From Eledone cirrhosa (Eukaryota), in NCBI GenBank assembly GCA_964016885.1, contig OZ024743.1, forward strand, positions 204,166,001 through 204,230,000: 64,000 nucleotides of DNA, in the 5' to 3' direction. Positions 56,424-64,000 of this stretch are shown here, piece after piece. The notes beneath the pieces are model-generated. The model was not told where the DNA came from. It saw nothing but the letters and a program-made list of their open reading frames with translations, and made no database searches. The position numbers and the translations under genes are program-made. Each line of letters opens with the position of its first letter. Within the stretch, counting starts at the first letter, position 1.

Positions 56424-57687
56424 AGTGTGTGTCTGTATATATATATATGTGTGTGTGTGTGTCTATGACCAGTGTATATAGATCACAGACACCCACATAT
56501 ATATACATACACACATACATTATCATCATCATCATCATTTAACATCCTTCTTCCACGCTATGGGTTGAACTTCTTCCACGCTTTGTCCCACTTGAGGCGA
56601 GATTGGTCAGGAGACCGTGTCTCGCTGGTACAGAACTGTCGCTGGCAGGTTTTCTATGGCAGGATGCCCTTCCTAACACCAACCACATTTACAGTATGGA
56701 CTGGCATCCTTTTTACCGTGTCTCCTACATGACCACTTTACAGTGTGAACTGGGTGCTTCTTGTTGTATCACCTTCACGACCGCTTTACAGTGGATGGAA
56801 ATAGGAGGATGTGGCCTGGGGTGTATATTGGGTTAAGAGGTGCCTACTGACTGTAGGTTTAAGTTTGTATGCAAGTGAAGGGGTGTTTTCTGTATAACTG
56901 CATAGCGTCAAAGATCTCGATCCAGTGATATTGTCTTAGAGAGGTGTAAGTGAGCAAGGTCAGTTTTTATCAACTCGTCCCAAGTTTTTCTTGGTCTAAG
57001 CACTCCGTAACTTCCATCCATTTTGATCGCCCTGCACATTTTTATACAACTGTTGTCCTACACCAGGAGAAAGATAGGAACAGCTGTAAAAATGCATCAT
57101 GATCAACATATATAGAAAGTAGAAAGAGCCACATCTGTTGAAGCATAACAATATCTGTAGAAACATACAAACACCTGTAGAAAGATAGCAGCATATATAA
57201 AAAGTTGTACTTATATTTAACTATAAAGTATCATAGAAAACATTGATTTTTTCACACTAGTAGAGAAGTGATTAGATAGAGCTCAATATTTTACTGGTAA
57301 ATATATTTTATTGACTCAGGAGGGCTAAAAGCCAAATATACACCTATTATGATTTGCAGCACAGAAATATAAAAAGTCATGCCTCAATTAAACACTGTAT
57401 CTAAGATGGGAAATATTGATTCGTTCTGACTAGAGAAAGAGTATAATCAACTAATTTTACTCTGGGATATTACAGGTGAAGGCACATTTAAGCAAGATAC
57501 TTTATTTCATGCTGCTCCTTCTGCCTGGATTTGTGACCAGTAAATAGTATTAGCAATTGGAAAGACCAATAGAAACATTGTTTTCTCAGTCCGATTTGAC
57601 AAGGTTTGCGATCTTGTTGATCGACTGTCGATATTACAGGTATTTATTCTAGTAATACTCAGGAGTAGATGGGTGTGGAGGCAATTA

Positions 57688-57860
57688 CTGTATATACTCG
57701 AATATAAGCCAATTCAAATATATGCTGACCCCTTATTTTATGTCTGAGAAATAGGTGAAAATCCAAACCCTACTTATAAACTGAGGCAGCTAATCAACAC
57801 ATTGTTTAGATGGCGTATATAAGCCAACCTCCCATTTTACCACAGATTTTTTTTTATACA
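57688..57860. mobile_element. Tc1/pogo-like MITE remnant
   Basis: TA-ctgtatatactcgaatataagcc terminus and a repeated tataagcc motif. Confidence 0.4.
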
Positions 57861-58885
57861 TATTCCTCAATTTATATTTGAGTATATATGGTAAATATGA
57901 GCTCAGAATGAAGAAAGATGTAAGTAAATATTTTAATTCTAAGTTTTGGAGAAATGATATATATACTAATTCAAGATGGACTACAAACAATACAAACATG
58001 AAGAACAGTAATGAGATATACCAACAAAGCGATGGCGGTATCAGGAAATCAATGAGATGAACTAATGATAAACTAATCAACTGATTAACAAGACAGAAAC
58101 GTCTGGTGGAGAACTTGTAAATTAAATAAGGAAACTAGCAACAGAATTATACCAGAGTAGACAAAAAGACATTACTGAGAGTGAGAAAAAATTGTCAGAG
58201 CACTATAATAAATTTAATGATATAAGGATATGATATATTGAAATAATGATAACATACAATGATATAACAACAACAACAATAATAATAATGGTTTCTCATT
58301 TAGGCACAAGGCCAATGTGTATACACACACATTTATATATATACATACACACACGTATATATATGGGCCTTCCAGTTTCATTTCACATTATATACATGTC
58401 TGTGTACATTTTAATTATTCAAAAATTAATTTTAAGTGAACATGATTTTTTTTAATAGAACGTGGTCCAACGGGTCACAGCTGGTCTAGTTATTATTATT
58501 ATTTATTTACCAAAGCAATCTGGCTTATTTATAGAAGCTCCACTGAAGATTTCTCTCCCCTATCTCACATCCATAATGAATCTAGGCCACGTAGAGACTG
58601 GTGGAGTCTATGTACATTTCCTCTATTCATACCAGTAAGTTCAGTTAACTACGAAATAGCAAAGCACACAGTTATTCAGCATGTTCTACAATGTTAAGAC
58701 TACTCACAACAGTGATAATTTGCTGCCATACCATACTTACATACAGATAGCTTCAATGTACATTTGAAAGTGAAGTGTTTGGTCAGCGATTGTTTGAAAA
58801 AAACGTCTGTCACACTATCTATGGTAGATATGTGCTGATTAAAACAACAATAACAAGAGCATAAACAAGAAAAGTAAGGTCTTAC

Positions 58886-59028
58886 CATCCCTATTTTTAC
58901 ACAATTTCTCTGTGGAAACCATTAAACTGGGATTGATTCCGTATGATTCCACGTATTCCTTAATTTCATGGCACGCAGTAAAATCTTTTATGCAAGTAGT
59001 CAATGTTTTCTTTTGAATTCCATCCATA
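58886..59028 (-). CDS. Paralog B internal exon (143 nt)
   Basis: tttctag|...|gtaaga; NMDGIQKKTLTTCIKDFTACHEI...GINPS...LCKNRD. Confidence 0.85.
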
Positions 59029-59299
59029 CTAGAAACAGATTTAAAGTTAGACTGAAATGCATGTGACTTGATTTGATTTCTAGTTTCATGTATGCATGAC
59101 CTGTGTTAGCATTAAGAAAAACACCAGAGAGACAAATGATCAACCAAATTATACAATTTGTAATATTTGCCGTGAGAAAAAGTACAGGTAGAAAATATAA
59201 AGCTTCAAGTATTCCCCACTGCAGACAACGTATTTCGAAACATCATTTAGATGTCATTAATTTAAGTATTAGCAACACATTGAAGTCAATTTAATCTAC

Positions 59300-59585
59300 T
59301 AAACGTGTCTTCTACCAAACTTTAACTTCCTAGACATTAATTTAGATCTAACTCCATGCACAAACAGACTATTCGATAAACCCAGTGAAAATCTTAAGTT
59401 CATTCATAAGGACTCTAGTCACCCTGTCCCACTACATCAGCAAGAGGATATCCAACCTCTCTTCTAGCAAAGCCATTTTTAATAGGGCAGCCCTAAGCAA
59501 CAGCGGCTTCTCTGAGAGAATCACTTACTCTCCAGATCACCGCCTTATATCTACCAAGAACAAACCTAGACATAAAGACATCATG
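59300..59585 (+). mobile_element. Small PLE thumb-domain fragment
   Basis: NFLDINLDL..KPSENL..SHP..ISKRISNLSSSKAIF..ALSNSGF. Confidence 0.7.
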
Positions 59586-59603
59586 TATAATATATATATA
59601 TAT

Positions 59604-59940
59604 ATTGGTTTCAGCATCATATGCATCGTTAAATGCGGGTATGCAGAATATTGTTAAGTTGCATATTTGTACAAATAGTGATGAAAATAATAGTAAAAAT
59701 AAAAAGGGGAAGAAAAATAAATTTTCATATACATGTTCATATACTGTCACAACCAAGCTACTAACAGAAATGGATGGACAGAGAAATGAACTCTCTTCTC
59801 TGAATGAACATGTATGTGAAAATAAATTTTCCTTCCCCTTTTATTTTTTATTATTATTTTTATCATTATTTGTACAAATATGCAACTTAACAATATTCTG
59901 CATATCCGCATTTGACAATGCATATGATGCTGAAACCGAT
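59604..59940. mobile_element. Fold-back MITE (~130-bp arms)
   Basis: ggtttcagcatcatatgcat...catgttca is mirrored at 59805-59940. Confidence 0.78.
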
Positions 59941-60028
59941 ATTGTAAATAAGTTAATGTTTTGATATTTCACTGAAAAAATCTCTTCAACATTTTCAACT
60001 GAAAAAATGTTTTTCCTTTCTACTATTT

Positions 60029-60105
<77 letters not shown>

Positions 60106-60860
60106 ATTGAATAAATCCGCTACTGTGTGGAAATTTAGGAGTGGCTCTTCCTGTTGTTGTTTTGCTATATAATAAATGTATATATTATATATATACATCA
60201 TCATCATCACCATTTAACGTCCATTTTCCACGCTAGCATGAGTTAGATGAGTTTTTCCATTAGAGGCAAGTCAGATCAGGTGACTATGTCTTACTCATAT
60301 AGAACTGTTTCTGGCTAGATTTCTATGGCTGGATGTCCTTCCTAACGCCAACCAGATTTACAGTATGTGCTGGATGCTTTGTTGGGGCATGGGAGATGTA
60401 TGGAAGGAGGTATAGTGGTTAAGATTGTATGTATTACTGCATAATGCCAACATTTTGATCCTGTATCATTGTCTTTGATGTCAGCTTTTATCACCTCATA
60501 CCAGGTCTTCCTACTTCATAGCTTCTATCAACTTTGATTGCCCTGCACATTCTTTTACAGATGTCACCCTTCATATGCATCACATCACCATACCAACACA
60601 ATCTATTCTCTAGCTTACTGCATCTGATCCCTCTTAAGCCTAATTTCTCTCTCAGTTCATTTACGTTTTGCCGTTCGTGTATATTACTATCACATATCCA
60701 TCAAAGCATGCAAGCATCATCTGTTAGGGATTGATTAAAATGCAACTTCCATGGTCCACCAACAAACAGATTTTAGCTTTGTTGCCATGTCACACCTCTG
60801 CTACTCAAGCACATTGAACAGCTTTCATTAATAATAAGTGGAGATAAGCTATATATATAA

Positions 60861-61710
60861 CTAGCATTAAAGCCCGGCGTTGCTCGGGGTCAGTAAGTTA
60901 CCAAAGTTAGGTTGCACCACTCATTTTATGGCAGCACTTTTTTGTCTGCCAGGCACTGGGTGAATGAATTGCAGACCTGGACTGCCGAAGCAGGAGCTGC
61001 TCCAGCAGTGACAATTGTAGTTTCGCCTATGGATATTTTCTCTGCGCAAAGAAGTGTTGAAATTTATTGTTTCACAGTACTTGCGTAACACGCGCGTAGA
61101 CGATGCCAGCTGAACAACAGAGCTGTGATGGAGTTGTTCTGCGTGGTTGTCTAATGTGTGTTTTCTAAATTTAAGACAATAGGGAGGGGTGTGGTATGGG
61201 GGAGAGTTAGCTGTTTTTTCTAGCAGGTTTAGTGACCTCATAGAGATTATGTGTTTTCTAAATTTAAGACAGTAGGAAGGGGTGTGGTATGGGGGAGAGT
61301 TAGCTGCTGTTTCTAGCAGGTTTAGTGACCTCATAGAGGATATTATTGTGTATAGTAAATAAACTGATACTTCTTTCTTCCACGTTCGTTGAGAGACGTT
61401 TTAAAACAGATTTATCGCTATTTTTTTTGTTGTTGAATAAATTTATCTGTTGCTTTTGAATAATTGTTGTCATGGAAGTAAATAAATTTTTGACCATTCC
61501 ACACTCAAAAACAAACGTTCTTTCTCTCTCTCCTTCGTTTCTTTCTCTCTTCTTTCTTCGGCGTTCCTAAAGGAAGTTTGTAAGTTTAAGCGTATAAGAG
61601 AAAGTTGCATGTGTGTAGTTTTATCGAATTGTAAGGGAAGTAGAGAGAGGATATCAGATTGTATTAGAGGGTTAAAGCATCATGTATTGAGTTTTAACAT
61701 AAATATAAGA
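60861..61710 (-). mobile_element. Non-autonomous Helitron-like element
   Basis: On the minus strand it starts TC and ends with hairpin cccgagcaacgccggg followed by CTAG|T; internal 93-bp tandem duplication at 61157-61338. Confidence 0.55.
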
Positions 61711-61761
61711 CTTTAAAATTTATAACGTAATGACAAGTGATTAAGTGATTATTCAAATTAC

Positions 61762-61897
61762 TTGCAAAAAATATCGAATTCCTCTTTTGTCGAGTCTGCC
61801 TTCTTTGGCTTAATTAAACCAGCTGTACAACTTTGAAATTCCTCTAATGCTTTCATTACACAACCATTGGTCACTGGAAACCACCAGGAAATAGTAA
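61762..61897 (-). CDS. Paralog B first identified coding exon (136 nt)
   Basis: tttcag|...|gtaatt; xTISWWFPVTNGCVMKALEEFQSCTAG...FDIFCN. Confidence 0.85.
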
Positions 61898-62149
61898 CTG
61901 AAATAAAAGATGGATAAATGATTAAGTATGTATTAATTTTCATATACATGTATATGAGTGTTTGTGTATGCGTGTATTTGTCCATGTGCATATATTTGTG
62001 TGTGTAAATGGTTCTGGGTCTAATTACATTGTGTGCATTTTTCTACAAGTGTCTTCTACTGTATCTTTTGGTTGACCAATAACTTGTGAGTATAATTATG
62101 TAAACAGAACAGTATGGAATTCAGCCATATGTATGTTTATATATATATA

Positions 62150-62180
<31 letters not shown>

Positions 62181-62185
62181 GTGTG

Positions 62186-64000
62186 TGATATCCCAAGCTC
62201 TCTGACTTCGACTGTCCTCCCCCTTCTCAGGAAAAGTCATCTGGAAAACAAGATGTTTGAACACATTTGTTCGTTTGAAAAGGAACTGCAACTTTTTCAG
62301 ACTCAGCTGAGGAGAACAGCACTTATTCATTTTCCCAGTCTAGCTGTCAGAAAAGCAGAAATGCCAGATTTGGATTGTTCCAAATATGCTGAATGTGTTG
62401 GCAAGTTGCATGCTAAATTTATAAGCAGATTTGCTGATTTCAGGAAATGTGAAACTGAGTTCAAACTGTTTTGTCAGCCATTTGACATGGCACCTGAAGA
62501 GACAGTCCTAATTGTTTCCAAATGGAGCTGATATATTTGCAGTCTGATATACACTTGAGAAGAGCATTTGATAACAATGATTTGGTAACTTTCTACAAAA
62601 ATTATGTATGTGGTAATCATCGGAATTTGGAGCAACATGCTAGGAAAATGCCAATTTTTTTTTGGCAGCACATATTGTTGTGAGCAGTTCTTTTCAAGAA
62701 TGAAATTTACTAGGAATAGATACCGAAGTCAGCTCACTATTGAATATCTGACCAGTCAGCTTCGAGTTGCCACCACATCACATCAGTCAAACCAGACATT
62801 GATAAATTGTGGAAAAACACCAAATACCAAGTCTTACGTTGATAAAACTAAATTATATTTTATTTGTTTAAAAATGTTTAAAAATGTATTCACAATGTAT
62901 TTATGACTCAATTCACTGGTTTTCATTAGATTACATATTTCTGACAGAGACTGGTCCTAATAGTTGTTCCAATGATCAAAAGTGGCCTGCTAATGGAATA
63001 TGTTGCACACCTCCGCTTTATACTCTCTTTTTTTTATATATATGTATATATCATAGGTACGTGTACAATCCAATCCAAGAAGAGAGTGTAGAGATTAGTT
63101 TGTGAAAAGGAAATTACAGGAGCAAGGAGGGCAATGTACTCCATGTGTAAAGCATGCAAGATAAGTGTTCAGAGAAGGCAAAATAAACTATAAGCCAAAC
63201 ATTAAATATAAAGGCAAAGCGTAAATATCGACATTATAATTAGAGAAATTCCACCAAAATTCATGAAGAAGTGTTTATTAATTTACAATTGTTTCGAAGG
63301 GGAAGGTCAAAATCCAATCTATCAATATTTCAATCGATCAATATTTCAATTACGTGTTATTAAAAGCTAGTACGACCAGATCCTTGTCTTCAGAATATAC
63401 ATCAAGTGTGAAAAACATACCAGTAATTTTACGAAAAGGAAACCATAGTGGGAATCAGCCAGAAGGGTCCCAACATATTTTCTGTTCACAAATTTGGGAT
63501 CAGTATTTCAGTAGCCATTATTATAGAACATTAACGTGACTGAGCATTACGCAAACTTGTGTACCTTTAAGGCAGTTCTCAAGGGGATTCAGCAAGAAAC
63601 AGAATGTGATAATATTAATAACAAAAACAAAAATTAATCATAATGGGTTTATTTTATTTACTAAAAATAGGATGCCATTACAAGCGGATTTTAAAATGAA
63701 TAAAAAAAGAATGTAATGAAAATAAAAATATAAAACTTAAAATGTAAGCATATTATATTGATTACTAACATTGGTACAGAGCCTTAAATTGGGGAAGAGA
63801 ACAATTGATTATATTGATAACGATTATAGGGATTATATTGATATCAGCTTATATAATATAAAATATTGAAATATATATATAAATTAATGTTTTTTAAGCA
63901 ATAGTAAAAAGAATACTTAGTATGGATAACGCAATGAAGTAAACATTTATACCATCTGAAGTGATATTTTTACACTTCTGAGACATGAGATCATGGAAAT
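62186..64000 (+). repeat. Segmental duplicate of 50035-51858 (offset 12,151 at the left end)
   Basis: Near-identical CRE stub, hAT fragment, 3' flank and terminal exon. Confidence 0.95.
63894..64000 (-). CDS. Paralog C terminal exon (partial, runs off the window)
   Basis: Near-identical to 51740-51858 with an in-frame 12-nt deletion: FHDLMSQKCKNITSDGINVYFIALSILSILFTIA*. Confidence 0.8.
   Translation of the reverse strand, partial: FHDLMSQKCKNITSDGINVYFIALSILSILFTIA

Overview
This is repeat-dense, AT-rich animal genomic DNA. The SINE families and microsatellite load suggest a cephalopod such as octopus, but that is inference. (1) Bases 1-16.9 kb are a stack of non-LTR retrotransposons in (TAA)n tracts: three decayed R4/Dong-type copies plus a mini-copy, and a near full-length Tx1-like element plus fragments. 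(2) A minus-strand tandem family of spliced genes can be rebuilt by hand from GT-AG exons. It encodes Cys-patterned, probably secreted and GPI-anchored proteins: paralog A at 38117->17680, paralog B at 61897->51740, and the tail of paralog C from 63894. A recent duplication with a 12,151-bp offset links B and C. (3) Introns and spacers hold Penelope-like elements (PLEs), SINEs, MITEs, and Gypsy, hAT, CRE, RTE and Helitron remnants. The highlight is at 25327-27365: an ORF-less array of 469-bp units, each with an intact minimal hammerhead ribozyme, arranged as a ~745-bp-arm palindrome plus tandem copies inside (TA)n. It looks like a retrozyme or PLE-parasite system able to release unit-length (circular) RNA. 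At least five further PLE-associated hammerhead motifs occur, two with a compensatory U3-A8 core. No database searches or folding computations were run.
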